Source: Octopus sinensis | Lineage: Eukaryota | DNA length: 64,000 nucleotides | Reading direction: 5' to 3' | Assembly: GCF_006345805.1 (NCBI RefSeq) | Contig: NC_043020.1 | Span: 17,608,001 to 17,672,000 of the forward strand | In this document: piece by piece, positions 13,036-23,655 of the stretch | Layout: each line of letters starts with the position of its first letter | Position numbering within the stretch: position 1 is the stretch's first letter | Translations under genes and position numbers: made by a program | Notes under the pieces: model-generated | Database searches by the model: none | What the model saw: the letters and a program-made list of their open reading frames with translations, nothing else | What the model was told of the DNA's origin: nothing

Positions 13036-13513
13036 TCTTCATGTATTATTAGTTTCACTATAAAAAAAATTACGTGTACCAATTTGCATTACTATGTACA
13101 CTTAGCATTATACACTAAAATTGTATATTCACAAATTAATGCAAATAAAGAAAGCTAGCTCATCAGGTCATTCGAATATCATAGTTACACACACAAAAAT
13201 TTACCTTTATATATACAATGTATGGAAGGTTGATATCATCTTCATTTAATGTCCACTCTTCATGCTGGCATGGGTCAGACAGTTTGAGTGGAGCTGATAA
13301 ACTGGAGCTGCACTAGGTTCCAGCCTGATTTGGCATGGTTTCTACAGCTGGATGCCCTTCCTAATGCCAACCACTCCAGAAGTGTAATGGGTGCTTTTTA
13401 CGTGCCACTGGCATGGGTGCCATTTGCATGACACCAGTAACAACCATGACTACAATTCATGGGTGCCGTTCACATGGCGCTGGCAATGACCACAACTACA
13501 ATGCACTCACACT

Positions 13514-13545
<32 letters not shown>

Positions 13546-13631
13546 GGCTATATTAAATCTCTTAGCAAGATATAAACTGTAGCAATATAGAATCGTAACA
13601 ATACAATTGGCAATTATATGTTATGATATAT

Positions 13632-13956
13632 ATATATATATATATATATAGATGTACTTGCATAGCGAGTGACTTGATCTGAGATCGTGTGCTGGAACGA
13701 AAACAAATTGCAGCGTAGAAGGTGTTTATAAGCTATTTAGGAAACACACAAAAACCGTTAGATTCACTTCAACATTTAAATTTAATTTGTCAAAATATTT
13801 TCGTTGCTTTGAGACCGCAACCTGTTCACTGACAAAACTTCATGCTCAAAGCGACGAAAATATTTTGACAAATTAAATTTAAATGTTGAAGTGAATCTAA
13901 TGGTTTTTGCGTGTTTCTTAAATGGCTTATAAACACCTTCCACACTGCAATTGTTT
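13632..13956 (-). mobile_element. PLE pLTR-like element family D with ~112-bp inverted arms, (TA)n-flanked
   Basis: Arms 13701-13813 and 13845-13956 are reverse complements with few mismatches; (TA)n on both sides; hammerhead fold at the hairpin centre. Confidence 0.7.
13786..13836 (-). ncRNA. Minimal hammerhead motif with G3:C8 swapped core, family D
   Basis: Minus strand: TTTGTCA-GTGAACA-G-GTTGC GGTCTCAAA GCAAC-GAA-AA TA TT-T-TGACAAA. 7-bp stem I, 5-bp stem II, palindromic stem III AAAAUAUUUU. Confidence 0.65.
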
Positions 13957-14117
13957 ATATATATATGTTTATATATATATATTTATATATATATATTTAT
14001 ATATATATATATATAACAATTACAAAGAATATAGAAACTGGTACATCTTCAAATTTTTCTTTTAATTTGAACACATGGTCATACAGCATAATTTGAAAGT
14101 GTATGAGTCTCCGTATT

Positions 14118-14183
14118 GTAATTGCTTGGAAAGTATTCATAATCCAGGGAAGTGAATCTGGATTTACTCATCAGAAGAATTAC
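14118..14183 (-). ncRNA. Degenerate hammerhead motif, family C
   Basis: Minus strand: GTAATTCTT-CTGATGA-GTAAATCCAG..CTGGATTAT-GAATACTTTCC-AAGCAATTAC. Stems I and II are each 9 bp with one bulge; the GAAA/stem III segment is corrupted. Confidence 0.5.
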
Positions 14184-14291
14184 AGTGGATTTGCTAACAC
14201 TAAGCAATTACTGATGTTTATTATTACCTGATGCAGTTAGCTGAAATCTGGAATATACCTGAGAGTTATTACTGTAGCTGCCTGGATATAC

Positions 14292-14518
14292 TATTAAAGC
14301 TGCAAAATTATTGCAAAACTGTTACTCAGTTTCATGTTCCCGTTTGTTGGAAGTTGTGATGAAAACAACTGTCCTACAAACAAGAACATGAAACTCTGAG
14401 TAACAGTTTTGTGATACTTTTGCAGCTTTAATATTAAAAGGCATCTTACTCTACTTTTGGGATTCAAGTACTATTTTTTCCACTTTGTTTTGAACTTATG
14501 TACTCACCTGTGTAAATA
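14292..14518 (+). mobile_element. PLE pLTR-like family A with inverted arm (two decayed hammerheads)
   Basis: Arms ~14292-14357 and ~14365-14433; both retain the GAAAC...GAGTAACAG segment; the tail matches the reverse complement of 60730-60800. Confidence 0.65.
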
Positions 14519-14552
14519 TAGACAGACAGATAGATACATGTTTTGTATCTTC

Positions 14553-14926
14553 TGTGTGAAAAGTCTGGCTGCATACACGTTAGCATATGTCAGGTGCACA
14601 CAATTGACAACACAGTGAGTTCTATTCAACACATATTTACACGTGGAATTAGCAGAATCATTTTTAACTTTAGATGGCTCGCAGGCAAGGTGAACAAATT
14701 AGTGAGAGAAATAGACTGGCAATACTTCTACGCTACCAGCAAATTAAAGATGGGGTCTTGGGAAGAGCTATCTGAGCGGAACATTCGTGGATGCATTCAA
14801 CGTCAAACTCATGTTGGGCATCAAATAGTTGATTGTCGTGGTGGTAATAGATTCGTGTAATAAATTTTGTGTTTATTTTTGTTTCATAATATATATTTTT
14901 TCGGATGCAACCAGACTTTTCACACA
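14553..14926 (+). mobile_element. Tc1/mariner-derived MITE (~374 bp)
   Basis: TIR TGTGTGAAAAGTCTGG(C/T)TGCAT at both ends; TA on the right flank; internal WEELSERNIRGCIQRQ...IVDCRGG resembles a Tc1/mariner transposase C-terminus. Confidence 0.75.
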
Positions 14927-16719
14927 TATTGTAATAAATAATTTGGCGTTGATAGTCATGGTCAGATCAAAGCTTTTAATTTTAAGACTTGGGTATATTT
15001 AAAGCTGAATGCCAAACACATTGTTCTCACCAGTTCTGTGAGAGCTCAGGTTGATTATAGTAACTCTAGTTACTCTCAGACTAAATATTAATGTTGTCAT
15101 ATACATAAAAAGCCTAGTTTCTTGAAAAGAATTGCATAGTTTCTGAGAGCAGCTGAACATCATGGCTGTGTATCAAGAGAAAGTACCTATTTCTTTATTA
15201 CCCACAAGGGGCTAAACACAGAGGGGACAAACAAGGACAGACATACGTATTAAGTCGATTACATCGACCCCAGTGCGTAACTGGTACTTTATTTATCAAC
15301 CCCGAAAGGATGAAAGGCAAAGTTGACCTCGGCGGAATTTGAACTCAGAACGTAATGACAGACGAAATACGGCTACGCATTTCGCCCGGCGTGCTAACGT
15401 TTCTGCCAGCTCGCCGCCTGTCAAGAGAAGGTACCTTCTCACAACAGGGCGGAAAAAAGAACATTCTAGACAAAAGGTAGGAACCAGGACATTGATAGCA
15501 TTGTATATAATTACAACATACCCCCCATTCCATGTTTGCATTAAGGGGTTGTGTATGTCTAGTGTGGGTGTGTTTATGTCTGTGTGCAGGCACCATATGG
15601 ATGTACGGATAGGTTTTCAAAGCCTTTCAGTATTCATTTGTTTGCTTGCTTGCTTGTGTGGGAGGACATATGCCTGTCTGTCTGTTTAAACCTGAATATA
15701 TCTTCTTTTATATAACAGAATGCTTAAATTGTATAAATGAATGAAAACATAAACGTATATATGTGTGTATGTCTACATCTGCATGCATACATACATACAT
15801 ATATATTTAAATATATATATACATACGGTTCAGCAAAAGAGACCAATAGAATAAGTATTAGGCTTACAAAGAATAAGTCCTGGGGTCGATTTGTTCGACT
15901 AAAGGCAGTGCTCCAGCATGGCCACAGTCATAATGACAGAAACAAGTAAAAGAGAGTAAAGAGTATACAAGCATACATAATATACACATACACGCATATA
16001 CATACATGCATAATATTCAGATATATACACACATATATGTACACACATATATACATACATAATATACAAAACACACATATATATATATACACACGCATGT
16101 ATACACACACACACACATATATATAATAGGTTTTTGTGTGATTACATTATCATAGGCTTTTATTTCACGTCTGTCTATATTTTCTTTGTAACCTCTAGAC
16201 TTTTCCCACATGGTTTTTAGTTATGATTGCATTTGTGTTTATTCTCTCCTCTCGATACAAATGAGTGTTGTTCACATAACCATGACCCTCTCTGTTGACT
16301 GTAAGTTAGCTTAAATGATTATCTGTGCGTGAGTGTGTGTGTGTGTGTGTGTGTGAGTCTGTGTACTAACAGGAGAAAGAAGACTCAGGACTCTGTAATA
16401 AATATTTTATTTATTCTTCAATTTAAAACTGATTCGTCCATTTAGTTGCTGCTCAGTTTTTTGGGTTTTTTCCTATCTTTTTTTTTTATGCTATGTGTCA
16501 TCCTTCGGGTGACAAAAGGAGTCATTGTTTTTTGTTACCTGGAAAATCACAGTTAGCCAGAAATTCTGGATATTGACAGTGAATCACCAACTTCAAATAT
16601 ATATATGTGTGTGTGAATATATGTATGTATTTGTGTCTTTGAACAAATATATATCTGTGTATTGGCGAATGTGTGTGTGTTCATATGTATATGTGTGTAT
16701 ATATGTATGTGTGTGTGTG

Positions 16720-16753
<34 letters not shown>

Positions 16754-16828
16754 CATTAGTTGTTCTCTTGTAAATATATGTATATTTCCATCTAACCCAT
16801 GACAGCATGGAAAGCAGACATTAAATGA

Positions 16829-16900
<72 letters not shown>

Positions 16901-17095
16901 TTGTGTGAGACTGTATCGACCAGACTATTAGATGTTGTTACACACCTGATCACAATGCAATTCCAAGTCTTTCTTAATTGCACCATTCTTTCCCATCACT
17001 TAATTACTTGAATGTAAACAAACCAATGCCAGTCATCAAGCAGTGGTGTGGGACAAGCACAAAGATACATGCACACACACATACCCACCCAGAGA

Positions 17096-17128
<33 letters not shown>

Positions 17129-17130
<2 letters not shown>

Positions 17131-17558
17131 GAGTGGTGACAGTAATGACTCGTTTAAGAGCTCAACTAGCAAACGTAATTTGACTTTCCATGCAAAGCAA
17201 GATAAAACTAAAACCTCAAAAGTTAAGACTACAGCTCAGTTGATAGCAGAGCTGCGAGCAGTTCTACTGGTTCACAACTAAGAGGCGATATTATATATAA
17301 ATTAAAGAGGCAACCGTCTCCTAACAGTCTAGATGTTCGATTAAAATCTGGCAAGCATAATGCTAGGCCAATGTTGAGTCAGACTAAAACAGAACTTGTT
17401 GAAAGGTTTCTCAAAAATTCTATACGACCTAATCTAAAGGATGAATCAGAATATCTGGAACTTGACCCCTGTAGATTGCTGGAATGTGACTTGCCCAATG
17501 GCCAGACTCCTATGGAGAGAAGCTTGGGCTCTTCAAGTAGTACAGCACAAGAGGGCTC

Positions 17559-17565
<7 letters not shown>
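17129..17565 (+). pseudogene. Frameshifted protein-coding fragment inside (TA)n; possibly MED26-like middle region
   Basis: Frame A (17129-17260, ...KVKTTAQLIAELRA) joins frame B (17260-17565, SSTGSQL...TKTELVERFLKNS...) through one frameshift, ~145 codons in total; no splice sites. The protein identity is from memory only. Confidence 0.55.
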
Positions 17566-17597
<32 letters not shown>

Positions 17598-17600
<3 letters not shown>

Positions 17601-17944
17601 AAGCGCATGGCTCAGTGGTTAGAGCGTCGAGCTTACAATCGTGAGGTTGTGAGCTTGAATCCCGGACCGGGCTGCGTGTTGTGTTCTTGAGCAAGATGAT
17701 CAAGACACTTTATTTCACGTTGCTCTAGTTCACTCAGCTGTAGAAATGAGTTGCGACGTCACAGGTGCCAAGCTGTATCAGCCTTTGCCTTTCCCTTGGA
17801 TAACACTGGTGGTGTGGAGAGGAGAGGCCGGTGTGCATGGGCGGCAGCTGGTCTTCCATAAACAACCTTGCCCGGACTTGTGCCTGGGAGGGTAACTTTC
17901 TAGGTGCAATCCCATGGTCTGTGTTGTGACCTAACGGGGTCTAA

Positions 17945-17945
<1 letters not shown>
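17598..17945 (+). mobile_element. tRNA-derived SINE family 4
   Basis: GCGCATGGCTCAGTGGTTAGAGCG...GAATCCCGG head and TTCTTGAGCAAGACACTT core. Copies at ~19580-19900 and ~34845-35180. Confidence 0.85.
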
Positions 17946-17979
<34 letters not shown>

Positions 17980-18802
17980 ATGTGATGTGATGTGTATACA
18001 TATATATCAATAAAAGTTGACCAAAAACAAATCACCATGTTGACTGTGGTGTTTTAATCCATTTCTGCTGTGTCCCTTCACATCCAAATGACTTTGATGC
18101 TAATGTAAAGTGGGCACCAAGCAAAGTTGTGTGTTCTATGTAATAATCATCTGAAACCCTTAAAGATGGTGCTCCAGTTTGGCCGCAGTCAAGTGGCTGC
18201 TGCAAATAAAAGAGTAAGAGCAACATACCAACCAAAATAAAACATTAAAATCTATAAACTGCTTTTCTCACAGCCAGCCCTCACCCCCTCACTATCAAAA
18301 TATAAACAGAGAGATTAGGAGCAGAATAGTGAAGTTGACATAGAATTTAGTCAGTTGAGGTGTTATCTGATTAGAGTAATAGTTTGTATTTGTTTATACT
18401 GTTTGCATGTATATATATATATATATATATATATATGCTAGAAAAGTTATGTAACAGAATAATATCTCGGCTACAAGCCTACTATAAATAGAGAAAATGC
18501 AGTCAAATGGGATGTCAGTGTTTATGGTGGAAGTCAGTTTACTTTCTTTATGTATTTTATAAAACAGGGTCAGTGGAGTATCAGATGAAATATGTTACAA
18601 TATTTAGTATTTTTTTTTTCAGTGCTCTCTATTTTGAGTTTTAAATTCTACTGGAGTTAGCTTTGTCTTGTACTGCTACCAATGCCAACCCTTTCTTCAG
18701 AAACATGTGGCTTTGTTCCAGTGTGATGAATTTTTATTTATAAACTCAACATCAAGGTTGTGGCAGTAAAGGCAAGGCACCAGTATAAATATCTCAGAGT
18801 AT

Positions 18803-19035
18803 TTAACCCTTTCGATACCAACCCAGCTGAAGCCACCTCTGGCTCTGTAGTATATACAAATGTCTTGTTTTCATAAGTTTTGAAATAAAATCTTCCACTA
18901 AACTTTAATCATAGTTTATGTTCCTAACACTAGCTTAATGATAACTAAGTTATTTTACTAAATTATTTGTTATATTTTAAATAATTGAAAGAAACACAGA
19001 GCATCGCAAAATAAATACGATAATGAAAGGGTTAT
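18803..19035. mobile_element. piggyBac-type MITE
   Basis: TTAA-CCCTTTCG at the left end and AAAGGG-TTAT at the right end. Related TTAACCCTT(T)AGC ends at ~22755-22970, 39201, 48645, 49075. Confidence 0.6.
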
Positions 19036-22000
19036 GCTTGAAGCTTTTACATTCTGATTTAAAATTCTGCAGGGTTGATTTCAGTTTTCTTTCCTCTGAT
19101 ATTTGATGGCATGAGCCTTGACTCTTTAACATTCACATTATTCTGTCAAAAGTAATGCCTTCTATTTCACAACCATTGGAACATGAAGTGCTCCTCACAA
19201 ACGCAGTTTGTGAGATGGTTGTGATATGTAAACAATTTTGAGTGGGAACTAGAAAAAGAAGAATAAATGCACAATGTGTGCGTGCACACTGAATTCATAA
19301 AAGGGAAGAGACAATTAAAAATGCAATGTGCCTGTCAAAATAAAATGGAAGAGAAGAATAGAACAAGTTATATGATGGTCTGTACACCACACTTGACCCC
19401 ACAATCATGCAGTTTTGCTGCAATTTTCTTGTTGTTCACATTGTTTTGAATTAATCATGCATTATCTTGTAGTGATGAAATTTTGATGAAGTAACTGTTC
19501 ATTTTTAGAATGATATTGTAGGATTGGTGCAAGAAGCCAAATCTGGCCACTTTGAGCATAAAACAAGTAGAATATTTTGGCGCATAGCTCAGTGGTTACA
19601 ACATCGGGCTCACACTCATGAGGTAGTGAGTTTGAATCAGAGACCAAGTTGTGTGCTGTGTTCTTAAGCAAGACACTTCATGTTTTCATGTTGCTTCAGT
19701 TCAATCAGCTCCAGAAATGAGTGGCAATGTCACTGGTGCCAAACTGTATCAGCCTTTGCCTTTTCCTTGGATAACATTGGTGGCATGAAGAGGAGAAAGT
19801 GATATGTATGGACAACTGCTGATCTTCAATGAACAACCTTGCCCAGACTTGTGCCTCTGAGGGTAACTTTCTAGGTGTAGTCCCATGGTCATTCATGACT
19901 GAAGGGAGTCCTTACTCTTTTTACTTTGGCCAGATATTGTCAGTTTAAATCTTAAAGGATTAAACATGGTCTCAGTTCAAATTGGTTTGGTTATAATTTT
20001 TCCCTATGAAATAGGTGTTAACATAGGTGCAGGTATAACTGTTGTGAGATGCTTGCTTCCCAACCACATGGTTTCTGGTTCAGTCCCATTGCATGACATC
20101 TTGGGCCAATGTTTTTTACTATAGCCTCAGGCCAAACAAAGCCTTGTGAGTGGATTTAGAAGATGGAAACTCAAAAGAAATCCATTGTGTGTGTGTGTTT
20201 GTACCCATCACCACCACTTTACAACCAGTGCTGGTGTGTTTATGTCCCTGTAACTTAGCGATTCAACAAAAGAGACTGATAGAATAAGTACCAGACTTTA
20301 TAAAGATAAGTACTGGAACCAATACATTCTGTGTCACACTGAATCTCCCTGAGAACTATGTTAAGGGTACGCATGTCTGTGGAGTGCTCAGCCACTTACA
20401 TGTTAATTTCATGAGCAGGTTGTTCTGTTGATTGTATCAACTGGAACCCTCATTGTCATAATCGACAGAGTACCAGTTTGTGGACACAGAAATGCTGTTT
20501 CATTTTTTCCATTTCGTTTTTGTTTATTTCCTTTCCATTTTACTTTCATTTCCCCTTTTTCAATGATGAGATAAGCCACATTCTAAAGTAGAACTGATGT
20601 CAGATTTACTTTTTGTATTTTAAATATTTTTGAGATTCAATAAAGGTTTCAAATTTCGAACCAAAAACAAACATGAATGTTTGTTTCTCTGTAAATGAAA
20701 ATTATAACATTAAATCAGTTTCAATATGGAATGGGTTCAACAAAGACATTGAAATTGCAGCTTGTAGGTTTTTCATTTTTATTAATAGACACATAAAAGA
20801 TACCCAGTACACTTTGTAGAGTGGATGGCATTAGGAAGGGTATCCAGTCATAGAAACCATGTCAAAAGAGACAAAATGGATCCTGGTGTGGCTCTCTAGC
20901 CTACCAGCTCCAGTCAAACCATCTAGCCCATGCCAGCATGGAAAATGGACATTAAATGATGATGATAATGTATCTCCCTTGGTTTACACAATTCTGATTT
21001 GCTGGCCCTTTGATTTTTGCCAGCTGAGTGGACTGGAGCAACATGAAATAAAGTGTCTTGCTCAAGGACACAATGCATCGTCAGGAATTGAACTCACGAC
21101 CTTAGGGTCATGTACCGAATAGCCTGACCACTAAGCCACACACCTTCACTCTGGATATAGCATAATGATTGTAAACCAATATTATCTTCATAGAGGTTGA
21201 TCATTTCCAGTCTTCTGTTAAAAGCATATTTTGCTTTGGGAAAGTATTACTTTGCTTGGGAACAAGTGAGGGTTGGTGACAGGAAGGGCATCCAGCCATA
21301 GAAAATTTACCTCATAGAATTCCATTTTACCCATACAAGCATGGAAAAGGGGATGCTGATGATGATGATTTGACTCTTGATGATGTTGTGTAACTCCTGT
21401 CTACTCTGGCTACCTGTGATGAAATGCAATCCAAGATTCGCCAGTCTTAGATCGCTCTCTATTCTCTTTACCAAGTGCTGTGAACTCCAACAGAGTGTTA
21501 AAAAATGGAACAGACATATTGATTTCAAGTTTTGGGCATAAGGCCAAAAAGTTTAGGGGTGGGGGTAAATTGGTTATATTGACCTAGTGCTCGACTGGTG
21601 CTTATTTTAGGGATCCCAGAAGGATAAAAGGCAAAGTCAACCTCAGTGGAATTTGAACTCACAATGTAAAGATGGACAAGATGCTGCTAAGCATTTTTCT
21701 GCTAGAACATCACCTTAAAAAAAAGAGAAACAGATATATCAAAGAATATATTATGATTCAGAAGGAATTGCAGTTCTTCAGTTACTTCCTGTTATTGTTC
21801 TCTGGTGTCAAAGCAGATTAAAAGTAATCTGCTACCAGGAAGCAAGTAATACTAGTAAACTAGCAGTACCTGTTCTGTGGTTGGTCTGTTGGTGACTAAA
21901 CCAGCATCACAACTCTGTGGTCTCACCTTGGCGTGTGGAAGATCAATGGACATATTGACAGAACAATGGAAAATACCGGTGTTCAAGGATGGATGAACTC

Positions 22001-22166
22001 AACAAGGGCTCAACAGACCATTTATCAAATCTATAAATGATGCAGGCCCTATTCAGGATTTTGAGTTTAGCATCGTTGACACTTTTGCCACACTGTGACT
22101 GAACAATTGCCATTTCTCTATATATTGGTGGAAGGGAGATTTAGCCACCATGCAGTTAGTGGATGC

Positions 22167-22214
22167 CCACTGCTGATGAGGTGCAAAACATGCCAAAATC
22201 ACATGATACAGTGG
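22167..22214 (+). ncRNA. Minimal type I hammerhead motif, family G (G12A-mutated)
   Basis: CCACTG-CTGATGA-GGTG CAAAACA TGCC-AAAA-TC ACAT GA-TA-CAGTGG. Perfect 6-bp stem I; near-palindromic stem III; AUA site. Confidence 0.65.
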
Positions 22215-23262
22215 TTCCACTAGTAGGGCTTGATATTGCTCATTTGATACTATCTCTGTACTTATATGCACTAGATGTCCATATGAGAGGCTTTCTCAGG
22301 ATAGACTCTGCAGTATTATAGCACTCTTATAATACATCCACATTGAGTAGGATACAGACCCTGCCATTCACAAATGGATGTTAAATGAAATTAAACAGAA
22401 TTGATGGTTAACTATTTATTTAATAAAATATACAATAGTTAACTGCTAAAAAAGAAATTGTTGGTTCACCACCAACTCATTGTCAAACCAAGTAATTACC
22501 AATTAATTAAATTAAGAAATTACAAACCAGCTAATTACCATACAAACTATCTGCCAACTTTAGTTTCTTATTAACTTTCAATGCTGGCAAATTCCGTACA
22601 CATCATTGACTCATAGCTATTTAAGCTTTGTCTGTTTAAATTTTCCCAGTCTTTCACAATGGAGTGTGTTTCAAGCCAGTGAGTCAAAAAGAAGTTTTTT
22701 TACATAATGGCTATTTGTATATTTTTGATAAATTTAGTAGAACTGACAATGGCTTAAACCTTTAGCATTCAAAGTAGCCACATCTGGCCTAAATATTCTA
22801 CCTGTTTTATGTTCATACCAGTCAGATCTGGCTTCTCACATATACCCTACAATGTCATTCTGAAAATAAACAATCAGGTGCAAGCATGGCTGTGGTAAGA
22901 AGCTTGTTTCCCAACCACGTGGTTCTAGGTTCAGTCCCACTGCTAAAATGAAAATCTAAAAAGGGTTAAGGAACTTTTTTCAAGTTGCTCTTAACTGGTA
23001 ATGCATCACTGGTTATGTTGAAAAAATATTACAACACTGATGAATGAATTCTCAAAATAGTATAAAATTTTTCTTAAAGGGCTCACATTGAGCATTTTCC
23101 ATGGCTTAAAGATAAACATTTTCATTTCCTCCTTTATATTTTTTTAGTAATTAAATTTATTTTTTAAACACATGGCATGGTGTCCCCAAGTGGACAGTTA
23201 ATACAAAGGAGACAATCATTTCTTCATAATATTTGGTGGGATTAGAAGTTTGGATTTAAAAT

Positions 23263-23655
23263 AGACATAGGAGTGGCTGTGTGGTAAGTAGCTTGCTTAC
23301 GAACCACATGGTTCCGGGTTCACTCCCACTGCATGGCACCTTGGGCAAGTGTCTTCTACTATAGCCTTGGGCCAACCAAAGCCTTGTGAGTGGATTTGGT
23401 AGATGGAAATTGAAAGAAGTTCGTCGTATATATGTATATGTGTGTGTGTGTATGTTTGTCCCACCAACATTGCTTGACAACCGATGCTGGTGTGTTTACG
23501 TCCCTGTAACTTAGCGGTTTGGTAAAAGAGACCGATAGAATAAGTACTAGGCTTACAAAGAATAAGTCCTGTGGTCGATTTGCTTGACTAAAGGCGGTGC
23601 TCCAGCATGGCCACAGTCACATGACTGAAACAAGTAAAAGAGTAAAAGAGAATAA
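23263..23655 (+). mobile_element. SINE family 1, near full length
   Basis: Complete head-to-tail match to the family, ending AAGTAAAAGAGTAAAAGAG. Confidence 0.9.
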
